A stretch of 63,851 nucleotides of DNA, filler included, from Octopus bimaculoides (taxonomy: Eukaryota): assembly GCF_001194135.2 (NCBI RefSeq). It is 4 parts of 3 records of this genome, joined end to end, with 100 filler letters (N's around TTAATTAATTAA, not from the genome) between each part and the next. Parts side by side here need not be neighbours in the genome. Positions count along the whole stretch, not along the records: positions 44,828 to 59,450 come from NC_068981.1; positions 59,551 to 63,851 come from NC_068993.1; 2 more parts are not named here. One strand, written 5' to 3'. Below the pieces are notes generated by a model that ran no database searches, had not been told where the DNA came from, and worked only from the letters and a program-made list of their open reading frames with translations. This document shows positions 52,300-63,851 of the stretch, piece after piece. The translations under genes were made by a program, and so were the position numbers. Position 1 is the stretch's first letter. Every line of letters begins with the position of its first letter.

Positions 52300-53450
52300 G
52301 TCTACCTCTTCTAGGACATTCGTCATTACTTGAATTTATCGTTCCCGTTGTTTTTCTGTTTACAAATTCCTTCATATCATCCACATCGTATCCTCATGTG
52401 CAGTTTCCAATATTTTTGTGAACTCCAAGCGACTAATAAAGAAAGCATAATTTCTATAGTCGCTGCTTGTAGCTGATGATATTGTTATTCGGGTTGTGTT
52501 GCAGGAAACTTTCCTCTAAGCTGAATGGTCAAGGGTTATAATGTGGTCTTGTTCTCTGATGCTGTGTCGCAACCAAAAACTAGGACGCAACTGCTAAATG
52601 ATATGTTGTCATCGTCTTATAACTGAAATGAAGATCAGAGAAGCTTTAGCCATTTAAAAACTTAAAAACTGTAGGAGCTACTTAGAGACATTGCAAGCTC
52701 TTTTCCTGTTGCTGACTAAAGCTATCGCAATGTTGGAAAGTCTTTTGTATCTTCAGAGGTGTTTCCAATATTGCGATACAAGCGTTTCGCCCTAGACTTG
52801 TACACTTCGCCTCCGTAGGGCAACGATGAGTGAATTTGCTAGCAGAATAAAATTATGAAAATAAACTCGAGAAGAATCGAATTGACACTTTCCGGCAGCC
52901 TCAGAATGATCGGAAGATACACAACAAAATAGCTTTTATGTTTCTAATGAAGAGAAAATATAAATTAAATGAATATAAGTTGAGAAAAAATATCGAGGTT
53001 TACTATGAGTAGATCTAAAAGGGGTTAATATGCAGTTTAGTATCGTAAAAAGGCGAATGTAAATAGCGTTCATAAATACAGGCATTGAAAATATTACCAG
53101 GGTATGTGGAATGAAGGGATTTGGCTGTTTGATGCAGTATAAAGAGGTGCAGAGAAATGCTGCCTGGTAAAGATCCTTGATCGTACATGCAAAACACGCT
53201 AACTCATTATAATGCAGTAGAGATATTACCAAGGACGTATTTGATATACGATAGGTGAGTTTGTTCGTTTAGGAGACATGCGTAATTGAGAAGTTGTGAA
53301 CGATTCTTTAAATTTTGTTGATTCAACGTTGAGAGCATCGATACACAGACGTTCGAAAAGCTGGTGATGCACACCAAGAAGAAATCTAAGGTGACCATTC
53401 GGGTATCTGTATGAGTATATATGTGGCGGACTATATGCGTACGTTCTATG
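52300..53450 (-). mobile_element. Decayed PIF/Harbinger-like transposase
   Basis: Ordered remnants: LGVHHQL, LNYACL, FSA.LY.ASNSQI, IYERYLHSP, HKSYFVV and GGEVYKS. Confidence 0.5.
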
Positions 53451-54261
53451 CATCGTTTTCATAATATATAAATATAATGAAATTATGGAATTTCGCAGTC
53501 GTCACTTCCGGTTTGTCTCGCAATTTACCATCAATTTTCTTTGGACATGTTAATCTAAAAAGTTTGTTAATAGTATCTTAGTTTTCGTTATATTTCTTTT
53601 ACCAATGTATCCGCAAACGCTCATGCAGAAATATTTTATGAATTAGCAAAGAAAGACATCGAACGATATTGAAAGTTATAATAATGGTTTATTACAAATT
53701 ATGATAACAGGAAATAATTTGAACATTACAATAAATACATAAATAAATAGCACAGTACACAGCCAACGCATGTCACCGTAATCTTAGGTGTACTTAAGTT
53801 TGTTGTTGCTTAACACAAGGTGGGCCCTGATTAATTAAGTATGATAATCAAATGTATTCCAGCCATGGCCACCTCATATTGTTTTCTAGTGTTATATATA
53901 TCAGACTGCATTTTGTTTTGATGTCATCAGGGAGTCGTTTGAAGTCACTTAATTTGCGAGAAATAGTAGTCAAATGATCCTCAGATAAGTAGAAAAGGAC
54001 ACATTGGGTATTGTAGTTGTAGACGTACTCCTCTATGGACTGGTCACGGCTGGAGTGGCTTTGATTACAGGTCTGCTCGATAAGGGTTCACCTAAGCCCC
54101 ACACAAGGAAACATACTGGCAAGTGTATTAGGGAGTATATACAGTGAAACACCCAGACAAATTAAAAATACATGCATATATGCATACATACATACATACA
54201 TGCATGCATGCATATATATATATATATATATATATATAAATTTAGTAAATGGAGGAAAAAG

Positions 54262-54606
54262 GCATATGTTAACTGAATACTTTTATTTCCAACATATGTT
54301 TCGAAGATTACAAATTATACCTTCCATAGGAATAGGTGATGTTGATAAGAATGTAATCTTCTCTTCAGGGAAATGCATGGGAACCAGCTTAAACGTAAGA
54401 ATTTTAACCGACAAATAAATTACGTAACAACCTTCTCCAACTACAGTTCTCATATTCGGTTAAAATGTCTTACGTTTAAGCTGGTTCCTATGCATTTCCC
54501 TGAAGAGAAGATTACATTCTTATCAACATCACCTATTCCTATGGAAGGTATAATTTGTAATCTTCGAAACATATGTTGGAAATAAAAGTATTCAGTTAAC
54601 ATATGC
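54262..54606. repeat. Near-perfect long inverted repeat (150/151-bp arms, 44-nt spacer)
   Basis: 54262-54411 versus 54456-54606 differ by one substitution and one 1-nt indel. Confidence 0.95.
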
Positions 54607-54990
54607 GTTTTACTCCNNNNNNNNNNNNNNNNNNNNNNNNNNNNNNNNNNNNNNNNNNNNNNNNNNNNNNNNNNNNNNNNNNNNNNNNNNNNNNNNNNNN
54701 NNNNNNNNNNNNNNNNNNNNNNNNNNNNNNNNNNNNNNNNNNNNNNNNNNNNNNNNNNNNNNNNNNNNNNNNNNNNNNNNNNNNNNNNNNNNNNNNNNNN
54801 NNNNNNNNNNNNNNNNNNNNNNNNNNNNNNNNNNNNNNNNNNNNNNNNNNNNNNNNNNNNNNNNNNNNNNNNNNNNNNNNNNNNNNNNNNNNNNNNNNNN
54901 NNNNNNNNNNNNNNNNNNNNNNNNNNNNNNNNNNNNNNNNNNNNNNNNNNNNNNNNNNNNNNNNNNNNNNNNNNNNNNNNNNNNNNNNNN

Positions 54991-55049
<59 letters not shown>

Positions 55050-55552
55050 CACATATATATATATACATACATATATACATACACACACACATATATGTAT
55101 ATATACTAACAGTTTGACTCAGCTCCATACAACTTAATTTTTTAGGTTCATAGAACGAACCTATACCATTATTGGCATGAGTACTTTATAAGGGCTGTAC
55201 TTCAGTAGTCTCAAGGAACCACTTCATAGTATTACAATTTAAATCTTAATATAAATTATTAACATAAATATGAAAGTATTTATAATTTAATGGTTTCTTT
55301 TACAGGCCACTACAAAGTAAAAAAAAATTAAATAAATAAATATAAAACTGATGGTGTATTTACACCGCGTCAAACAATGTGATGGTTAAAACATTAGATA
55401 CATTCACGGTGAATTGGATTTCTGTTGTCTGATGTTGGAGATGTGTTTCCTACTATTTCTGGGGTGCTGATTTCAAAAATGATATCCATTTTACTGTATC
55501 ACGTTAAGATATTCCAAAAACTTAGGTGTCCATTTTTAACATTTCTGGTAGT

Positions 55553-55706
55553 GGCTGTGTAGTAAGTAGCTTGCTTACCAGCCACATGGTTTCGGGTTCA
55601 TTCCCACTGCGTGGCACCTTGGGCAAGTGTCTTCTACTATAGCCTCGGGTCGACCAAGGCCTTGTGAGTGGATTTGGTAGACGAAAACTGAAAGAAGCCT
55701 ATCGTA

Positions 55707-55759
<53 letters not shown>

Positions 55760-55979
55760 ATGTGTGTGTCTGTGTTTGTCCCCCCCCCACCAACATCGCT
55801 TGACAACCGATGGTGGTGTGTTTACGTCTCCCGTAACCTAGCGGTTCGGCAAAAGAGACCGATAGTATAAGTACTAGGCGTACAAAGAATAAGTCCTGGG
55901 GTCGATTTGCTCGACTAAAGGCGGTGCTCCAGCATGGCTTCAGTCAAATGACTGAAACAAGTAAAAGAGTAAAAGAGTA
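55553..55979 (+). mobile_element. Full-length SINE family B
   Basis: GTGGCTGTGTAGTAAGTAGCTTGC..GGGTTCATTCCC..internal (TA)n(TG)n..GACTGAAACAAGTAAAAGAGTAAAAGAG. Confidence 0.93.
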
Positions 55980-56649
55980 TTGTCACCATTTCTAAGAATA
56001 GATTTGACTTCATCAAATGCGAACCCATTTATGGAGTTTGATATAGCTTTGAAAACATAGTTTTTCAATGTCATTTAAAGTAACTACAACTACAAAAGTG
56101 AAAATAAAACTCATGATTTAAGTATCCCCAGTAAATGAAAAGCATCAAACTTGAGTAATTTTCATTATTTCCAACCTAACCAGTTTCAGATATTATGATG
56201 ATGACAGAAATGTCCTTTATACAATTAGATGTTAAGAGACAACATATTTTATGGTCCTCGATACTATACATGTCTCAATATTTACGGAGTTTATCTACAG
56301 ATATGCGCACGCTCTGCTTAATTTAGTGTGACTCTCATTGCAAACTAGATGAAGCATGTTTTGTTGAACTTTTAAAGAATTTCTTATGAAAACTGTTTTT
56401 TTTTTAATGTGCCCTTAATGTTTTAATTGTGAGGTCATATGGATCAAGGTCACTTTTTGTCAAGCATGGTCAAAGATCTGTAAAAAGAACTTCATGGTAT
56501 GTATGCTCTTTATGGAATTTTGTCATCACAAATCTGTATTTGCTTGCTTTATATCTGTTGCCTATTCTGAAAATGCTTTTCCCGGGTTACAACTGGCAGA
56601 AATATAGCCAATTGTGAGAGAAGAGAATGTAAAAACAGCACCGGTGTCT

Positions 56650-57591
56650 TCTACTTATTTCTGGATTAGGCAGTGAAATAAAATCTCAGATTTTGTGAAG
56701 AAAGCTTACTTTACTTCCTTACTTACTTTAGCATGAAACTGGGTGACAAGACAATGCCTGGGTGCCCCATATAGTGTGCAAAATATGTGTTGAAATACTG
56801 AAACAATGACGGTTTCAAATGCTTAAGAAGAAAGTTTTCAGTTTTGTCTTTTGAGAAAATCAGGGTTGGTGTGTTTGATGGACCACATAATTTGTGGCTA
56901 TTTACGACGAGCTATTTTTGGAGACCATGTCTGGCATTGAAAAAAAAAACCACGGGATGCTTTTACTGCAGTTGTATCTGATTTCCTGGGAAACAAGAAG
57001 TCATTAAATTATGAAGATCTTGTGCAGATCCTCTTAAGCAGTTTTCGAGCACTGGGCTGCAACATGAGTGTAAATGTGCATTTCCTGCATTCACCCGGAC
57101 TACTTCCTTGAAAACCATAAGGCAATAAGTGATGACCAAGGAGAAAGATTCAACTAAAACATCGAGAACATGGAGACTAGGTGTCAAAGCAGGAGGAACA
57201 CCAGCATGATGCTGACTGCAAAGAGACTGCCATGATGCAATTTATTCACGTAAAGCAGCAAAGAGAATGTTCATTTCTTGAGTAACCCGAAACTCCGGTT
57301 TGACAGAAATATCTATTCTAAGATGTGTAATCAAACATTTCGTGTAATATATTTGTTAATGAATAAAAAGTACAATTTGTTTTGTGCTAGTTTCTTATTT
57401 TAGCATTGCATTTGATGATAAAATTGACATTTTTGGTTAAAAAAAAAAAAAAAATGAATTCCTGTTTAACAAAAAACTTGACGTGATAGAAAATTTCTGA
57501 GGACATTTCTGAGCCCAGCACCATCAAATTAGGTAGGATTAACTGTAAAAAGCAAAACAACTAAAATTTGTTTTTTAAATATTACCCAATG
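56650..57591 (+). mobile_element. Chapaev-like (CMC) DNA transposon remnant with internal deletion
   Basis: MKLGD....PHIVCKICVE; EKIRVGVFDGP; DFLGNKK.LNYEDLV..LGCNMSV.VHFLHS; S..QGERF. The right end CCCAATG is at 57591; the left end is not defined. Confidence 0.7.
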
Positions 57592-57793
57592 TAATCAATA
57601 ATAAATAGTAATAATAAGAGTCACAAAATAAGAGACCCTCTTAGTGATTACAATGGAAGCAACTCACATTGGGTACCTTGGGTAGTTTTGGGGACCAACA
57701 CACGAACTCAGATTTACCCCTAATACAAAGTGCTTTGCCGCCAGTCCACAACCGTATAATTACAAAATGTCTAACTAGCCACGCCCACGTGTA

Positions 57794-57799
57794 TTTATT
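57794..57799 (-). promoter_or_regulatory. Candidate polyadenylation signal AATAAA for the IL-17-like gene
   Basis: First minus-strand AATAAA downstream of the stop codon (about 60 nt); inference only. Confidence 0.4.
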
Positions 57800-57859
57800 A
57801 TGATAATGTAATGATCCTTTCTACTATAAGCATACGGCCTGAACTTTTGGAGGAGGGAG

Positions 57860-58264
57860 CTAGTCGACCATAATATTGCAAATACAACCTGAACGATATT
57901 TAAAATTTTCAGCTCTGTATTCAGTCACATTATTGCAAATGTGAGCCCGAAACACTGTCATGTTCGACCACACCTGTACGCAGCCATATTTATCAGAAGC
58001 TGGGAATGAACATGAGTTAAGTTTGCCTGCAGGAGGTTCGTTACACGTGTATTCAGCGATTCTCTGTGGAAAACGATTGCTATCGAAGTTAACCTTACAC
58101 GACGTATTACACACAGATCTATGAATAGCACCATCATCACATACATTTATATCTTCAGTGATGTTAAGTTTACTCATTGTGTAGATACTGGCTACATTCT
58201 TTTGTGCCACTGAGAAGTCTAACAGACACATCATAGCAACAACACCGCAAAGAAGGCAATACAT
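57860..58264 (-). CDS. IL17-like: IL-17-like secreted cystine-knot cytokine (134 aa, single coding exon)
   Basis: Hydrophobic signal MYCLLCGVVAMMCLLDFSVA; RSVC..., NFDSNRFPQRIAEYTC (N.D.NR.P..I.EA.C), GCVQV..NMTVFR..C and terminal GCIC (GCTC-like). Open frame of 405 nt, preceded by a polypyrimidine tract and TTGCAG acceptor. Confidence 0.88.
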   Translation of the reverse strand: MYCLLCGVVAMMCLLDFSVAQKNVASIYTMSKLNITEDINVCDDGAIHRSVCNTSCKVNFDSNRFPQRIAEYTCNEPPAGKLNSCSFPASDKYGCVQVWSNMTVFRAHICNNVTEYRAENFKYRSGCICNIMVD

Positions 58265-58290
58265 CTGCAAGATAGAAGAAAAAAACTTTA
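58265..58290 (-). promoter_or_regulatory. 3' splice acceptor directly upstream of the IL-17-like ATG
   Basis: Minus strand TTTTTTTCTTCTATCTTGCAG|ATGTAT. Confidence 0.8.
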
Positions 58291-58703
58291 TTAGTTAAAT
58301 TCTAGAGAAATAATTTTGAATAAATCAAAGACAGAAAGTTGAGAGGTTAGACTGTCAAAGGCGAAAGGTTATAGGTTAGGCTATCAAAGGTGAAAGGTGA
58401 AATCTCACATAAGTAAAGATATGAATTTTGAGAGAAAAAATATGTAAAATAGAGAACCAGGAGACATCCTTAGTAATTCTGAGACCTATCATTTGTAGGT
58501 TATAATCAAGTTCTCCAAAACTAGAGTCTGATTGATTGTGAAGTTGTACTGTTTTAAATCAATGAGTTTGTGCAAACTTGATATGAGGCGTCAATGTCTC
58601 CTGTAGATATTTGTGTGCGGGAAATATAGATTTAACTGAAGAATAATGTCATCTTTGCAAGAATGAGCATTGGTAGAAGTAAGCACAAGTAGGGCATTAA
58701 TAT

Positions 58704-58915
58704 CCTTTCTACCAGAGGCACAACGCCTGGAATTTGAGGGGAGGGGTTAGTCGATTGCATCAACTCCAGTGCTCAGCTGTTACTTATTTCATCTACCCCG
58801 AATGGCAGAGTCGATCTCGAAGGAATTTGAACTCAGAATGTAGCGACAGACGAAGTACCGCTAAGCCTATCGCCCGGCGTGCTAACGATTCTGCCAGCTC
58901 ACCGCCTTATGCAGA
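58704..58915 (-). mobile_element. Family A SINE upstream of the IL-17-like exon
   Basis: Head GGCGGTGAGCTGGCAGAATCGTTAGC; 10-bp direct repeats GCATTAATAT at 58694-58703 and 58916-58925. Confidence 0.88.
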
Positions 58916-59784
58916 GCATTAATATGAATCGGGAAAACGCGAGTGGCACAACCTATCCTTATTACACCAGAGTGTGCATCCTTATGCACACAAGAGTGTG
59001 CCATAAGGTTAGGATGTGCCAATTATTTGTTGTCTGTAGTTAATAATGGTCTTAGAAACGAAGTGGGAAAAAGTAAGAAAACGATGTAAAGAAGCATGAC
59101 AATTAGCTGATAGTGGGGAGCTGTCTATACACTACTGAAGAGTTTGGCTAAATGGATATGATAAAGTATATTTTCCAAATATGAACGGTATATTACAGGA
59201 ATTTGCAAGAAATGAAATATGAATACAAGCAGACACAATCATCCAGATTAAAACATCGTTTTCAGTTTTGTCATTTTGTAGTCAACGTTATTTTGTTTCG
59301 CAGCCGTTGAAGAATAGATTTTATTTCTTTCTGAAGTTGTGCCTGTGATGGACTTGTTTCTCTGACTTGAAAACTTTTGAATTGTTCCTCATATGTACTT
59401 TGTTTAAAGATTTACAATACGAGCATGCTTACTCACACACACACACACACNNNNNNNNNNNNNNNNNNNNNNNNNNNNNNNNNNNNNNNNNNNNTTAATT
59501 AATTAANNNNNNNNNNNNNNNNNNNNNNNNNNNNNNNNNNNNNNNNNNNNTCTTCCTTCAGTCTGTTTAGACTTTCCTGTTTTTCCTTGTCTCCAACGAA
59601 GAGCTATGTTTGAAACACAAAACAACAACTCTCTTATTTCACCGAGTGTCATATTAATGCATTGCTTGGCTATATCCTTCCATTCGTTTGTTTTTTCTTC
59701 TCTTTTACTCTGTTTTTTAAATTGACTACATATATATATATATATGTATATGTATGTATATATATGTAGATATATATGCAATAT

Positions 59785-59815
<31 letters not shown>

Positions 59816-59817
<2 letters not shown>

Positions 59818-60977
59818 GAGGTTAAGTAAGGTATTTGAGGACATACCTTTTTTGGGTCATTGCAGCATTTTTTGCAAACTCTGTATAATCTTTGTTTCAG
59901 AAAATAATAATGGCAGACCGTCAGCTTAATCAAGAAATGAAGAGGCATGCTGTTATTGTGGTTATAAAGGCTGAGCATAGCGGTTTAGAAATATCTCAAT
60001 GTTTAAAAGTTGACAGATCTTGATGGAAACGTATCACCAGTATCAAAGCATAAAACGCATTCGAAACACTTGAATTTATCCAGAACACTTGAATTTATCC
60101 AGCAGGTTCAACAGATCATTAATTACAATACCAGAAAGTTCATGTGGTCAATTGTAAAAGATCTCCATGTATCAGAAGGAACAGTTAGAAATGTTGTCCA
60201 CAAAGACATCAGATATAAGTCTTATATGTTGAGGAAAACTCAATTATATCAGATCTAAGAGGCTCTTAAATAAACTGAAAAATTCAGAAGATTTGATTTG
60301 GTTTTTCTCAAATGAGAAAAACTTTGACTAAAATCAAAAACTTAACAGAAGAAATGACAGATGGTTATGTGAAGATGGCTATGCATAAAAAAATTCCTGC
60401 AACTGTCATGGTTTTAGGGGTTGACAGCAATGAAGGGCATGTGAAGCCTCCTTACTTCTTTCCAAAAGGCTTTAGAGTTAACTCTGCCACCTACATTGAG
60501 TTCTTGGAAATAATTGTTAAGCCCTGGATAGACAGTGCATGCAATGGAAGGCAACATGTGTTTCAGTAAGACTCTGCACTATCACACATGGCTCTAGTAA
60601 CACAGGAATGGATGGCTGAAAGTTTTATTATTACATAACCCCTAACATTTGGCCCCCTAATTCCCCAGATCTCAATCCATTGGACTATTACATGTGGAGC
60701 GTTATGAACACGCCCATAACACCAAAGATTTTTTGAAAGCTGCCATAGTCAGAGTAATGTCCAAAATGAACCCGGATCACTTGATTCGAGCATGTAGATG
60801 ATTTAGATCTCATATAGAAGCAGTTGTTGAAGCTGAAGGTGGCTTTATTGATTACCATTATAGAAAAGAAGGTTTATTTTTATCCTCATAGCATCTTTTG
60901 ATAAATAAAGTTATTATCTGTTATATATTTTAATTTTTATAAACATAAATCTGTCCTCAAATATTTTATGCACTCTG
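59816..60977 (+). mobile_element. Full-length decayed maT/DD37D Tc1-mariner element
   Basis: TIRs CAGAG..TATTTGAGGACA / TGTCCTCAAATA..CTCTG-TA; motifs VMVLGV..EGHVKPPYFFP, VFQ*DSA and WPPNSPDLNPLDYY. There are 37 residues between D2 and D3 after correcting a 1-nt deletion. Confidence 0.88.
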
Positions 60978-61282
60978 TATATATATATGTATATATATAT
61001 ATATATATATAGATAGATAGATAGATAGGTGTTGTTAGTGCTTATTCTTAACATAATAGACAAGCAATATGAAACAAATTCTTAGATTACAAACAGGATT
61101 CTCCACTTGGTCCAGGAATTAAACTTATGACCTTTCAGTTATGACCACAAGTTGAAAACTATAAACTGCTTCTCCACAAATCTTCATTACATGTATGTGT
61201 GTGTGTGTGTGTGCATGGGTGAGCATGTGCATGTGCGTGCATGTGCATTTGTGTGTATTACATATCATCTAGGAATAAATGC

Positions 61283-61317
<35 letters not shown>

Positions 61318-61526
61318 CGCGCGCGTGTTTGTGTGTTTGTGTGTTTGTGTGATACTGCAAAACAACATTTGGAATTACCAAAATAGAACAAAGGGAATAA
61401 TTTGGCACAGAATAAATTGCAAGAAGTGACAAAAAAAAAAAAAAATGTCATATACACACACCAATTTGCAAAGAAAGAGACAAATAAGTACATACATATA
61501 CACACAAAAACAGATTATTATTATTA

Positions 61527-61572
<46 letters not shown>

Positions 61573-61959
61573 TGTGATTTTTTAAATCTAATTTGTGTTC
61601 TTTTTTTTTTCCCCCATCATTTTCTGTGTCTCACTATTATTTTTCAAAGAATTTCTGTATAAAATGTTATATATATCATGTATAAAATGAATATCGAGTG
61701 AGATTTTTTTAATCGTATATCTTTTTATATACCAATGTGTGATTATGGTTGAAGAATATAGGGACAGGTGGGATAAAATGAGAGAGAGAGATATTGATAA
61801 TGAGCAAAAGAGAGAGCTGTTTAGATAAAGAGAGGGGGGGAAGCGAGAGAGGGGGAGAGAGAGAGAGATGATACATAAAAAAACCGGATGTGACAGAAAA
61901 CTATAAAAATTGTATACACCCATCTCCCTTTTCTCATCACACTGATATATTAAGATTAC

Positions 61960-61991
<32 letters not shown>

Positions 61992-62014
61992 GTATATATG
62001 TACATTCTTTTCTT

Positions 62015-62370
62015 CCTTCATTTGTTTCAGTCATTTGACTGCGGCCATGCTAGAGCACCACCTTAAGTCGAACAAATTGACCCCAGGTCATATTCTTTGT
62101 AAGCCTAAGATTTATACTATTGGTTTCTTTTGCCGAACTGCTAAGTTACAGGGACTTAAACACACCAGCATCGGTTGTCAAGTAATGGTGGGGGACACAG
62201 ACATAAACACACAAACATACATATATATAAATATATATACATATATACGATGGCCGTCTTTCTGTTTCCATCTACCAGATCCACTCACAAGGCTATAGTA
62301 GAAGACACTTGCCCAAGGTGCCACGCAGTGGGATTGAACCCGGAACCATGTGGTTGGTAAGCAAGCTACT
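62015..62370 (-). mobile_element. SINE family B
   Basis: Reverse complement of the 55553-55979 type. Confidence 0.9.
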
Positions 62371-62449
62371 TATGGGTACATAGATATTGTTGTGCAATTT
62401 TGCTTAGGCAAAGCAATACTTACAACCTTAGAGTAAAGTGGCATGTATG

Positions 62450-62465
62450 TATATATGTAAGTATG

Positions 62466-62498
<33 letters not shown>

Positions 62499-62523
62499 AT
62501 ATTTATTTATATATATATATATT

Positions 62524-62558
<35 letters not shown>

Positions 62559-62589
62559 ATTTATATATATATATTTATATATATATATT

Positions 62590-62638
<49 letters not shown>

Positions 62639-63005
62639 TTATATATATACNNNNNNNNNNNNNNNNNNNNNNNNNNNNNNNNNNNNNNNNNNNNNNNNNN
62701 NNNNNNNNNNNNNNNNNNNNNNNNNNNNNNNNNNNNNNNNNNNNNNNNNNNNNNNNNNNNNNNNNNNNNNNNNNNNNNNNNNNNNNNNNNNNNNNNNNNN
62801 NNNNNNNNNNNNNNNNNNNNNNNNNNNNNNNNNNNNNNNNNNNNNNNNNNNNNNNNNNNNNNNNNNNNNNNNNNNNNNNNNNNNNNNNNNNNNNNNNNNN
62901 NNNNNNNNNNNNNNNNNNNNNNNNNNNNNNNNNNNNNNNNNNNNNNNNNNNNNNNNNNNNNNNNNNNNNNNNNNNNNNNNNNNNNNNNNNNNNNNNNNNN
63001 NNNNN

Positions 63006-63049
<44 letters not shown>

Positions 63050-63140
63050 GATATACATATATATATATATATGTATATGCATATGTATATACATACAAAT
63101 GTATTGATTTATATATATATTTGTATACATGTATGTACGT
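62450..63140. repeat. Long degenerate (TA)n/(TATT)n tract spanning a gap
   Basis: Directly visible. Confidence 0.95.
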
Positions 63141-63142
63141 AG

Positions 63143-63174
<32 letters not shown>

Positions 63175-63795
63175 AACCTTTTATATATCAACATTGTTTC
63201 ATTAAAGTGTGAATGCATATATGCGTGCATACAACTCTGCACCATAAATATGCAGCTTGTTTGTTAAGCATGCATTTATGTATATTTTATATATCTACTG
63301 AAGTATGCATGTATATACATATATAAAACAAATTATATCAAAAATGTCATTTACTTGTTATATATACATGTTTTTAGTATAGGTTTATATTTATTAAGTA
63401 ATGTACACAAATGTGTGTATACGTCTGTATGATAATTATGCTGGTCTGTTTGTTTTACACACATCTATGTGTATATGAATATATAAGTTTGTCTCCTCAA
63501 ATAAGTGTGACTGTATATATGTATGCATTGACATAAAGATGCTTCAAGAACAGACAAACACACAATTTCCAGGAACTTTTGAATTCTTTCCAATTTTCTG
63601 ATACCGTGAAGTAAAAAGAAGTAAAAAATGGAAGCCAAAAAAATTTGTATGTATACATACACACACACACACACACACACACATAAGTGTATGTGTATGT
63701 ATGTATACTTATGTATATATTTATACATATACATTACATATATGTGTATATATGTATATATCTATATCCATGTATCTATCTATCTATCTATCTAC

Positions 63796-63834
<39 letters not shown>

Positions 63835-63851
63835 CCTATCTATCTATCTAT

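Noticed and set aside
52550-53420. GPCR or chemoreceptor-like hydrophobic ORFs
   Set aside because: C3.25-to-ERY spacing is wrong; ordered Harbinger transposase motifs explain the region better.
58385-58402. IRF/ISRE-like GAAAGGTGAAA near the IL-17-like exon
   Set aside because: It is a short, imperfect match that is expected by chance in AT-rich DNA and cannot be supported without conservation data.
13273-62370. CRISPR-like or regularly spaced repeat array
   Set aside because: The recurring sequences are dispersed SINE copies in both orientations, with no repeat-spacer periodicity, in a eukaryotic context.

Overview
AT-rich, microsatellite-dense eukaryotic scaffold with many N gaps. The SINE and LINE families look like those I recall from octopus genomes, so the species assignment is an inference. 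Most recognisable sequence is decayed transposable element: Tx1/L1, RTE, R4/Dong-like, CR1-like, Penelope-like (PLE), Gypsy, Helitron, Tc1/mariner including DD37D, piggyBac-like, Harbinger-like, Chapaev-like, and at least three SINE families. Only one intact host gene is supportable: a minus-strand IL-17-like secreted cystine-knot cytokine (57860-58264, 134 aa, signal peptide, 9 mature Cys). Its whole ORF starts immediately after a splice acceptor. The most interesting non-coding signals are a pair of minimal hammerhead-ribozyme-like motifs with a CCGAUGA core in the inverted termini of a PLE (9651-11915), several R4/Dong-like fragments bounded by (TAA)n, a perfect 32-bp palindrome, and a 150-bp near-perfect inverted repeat. 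Three artificial N44-TTAATTAATTAA-N44 linkers make long-range linkage across them uncertain. All family calls come from manual motif recognition; no searches were run.
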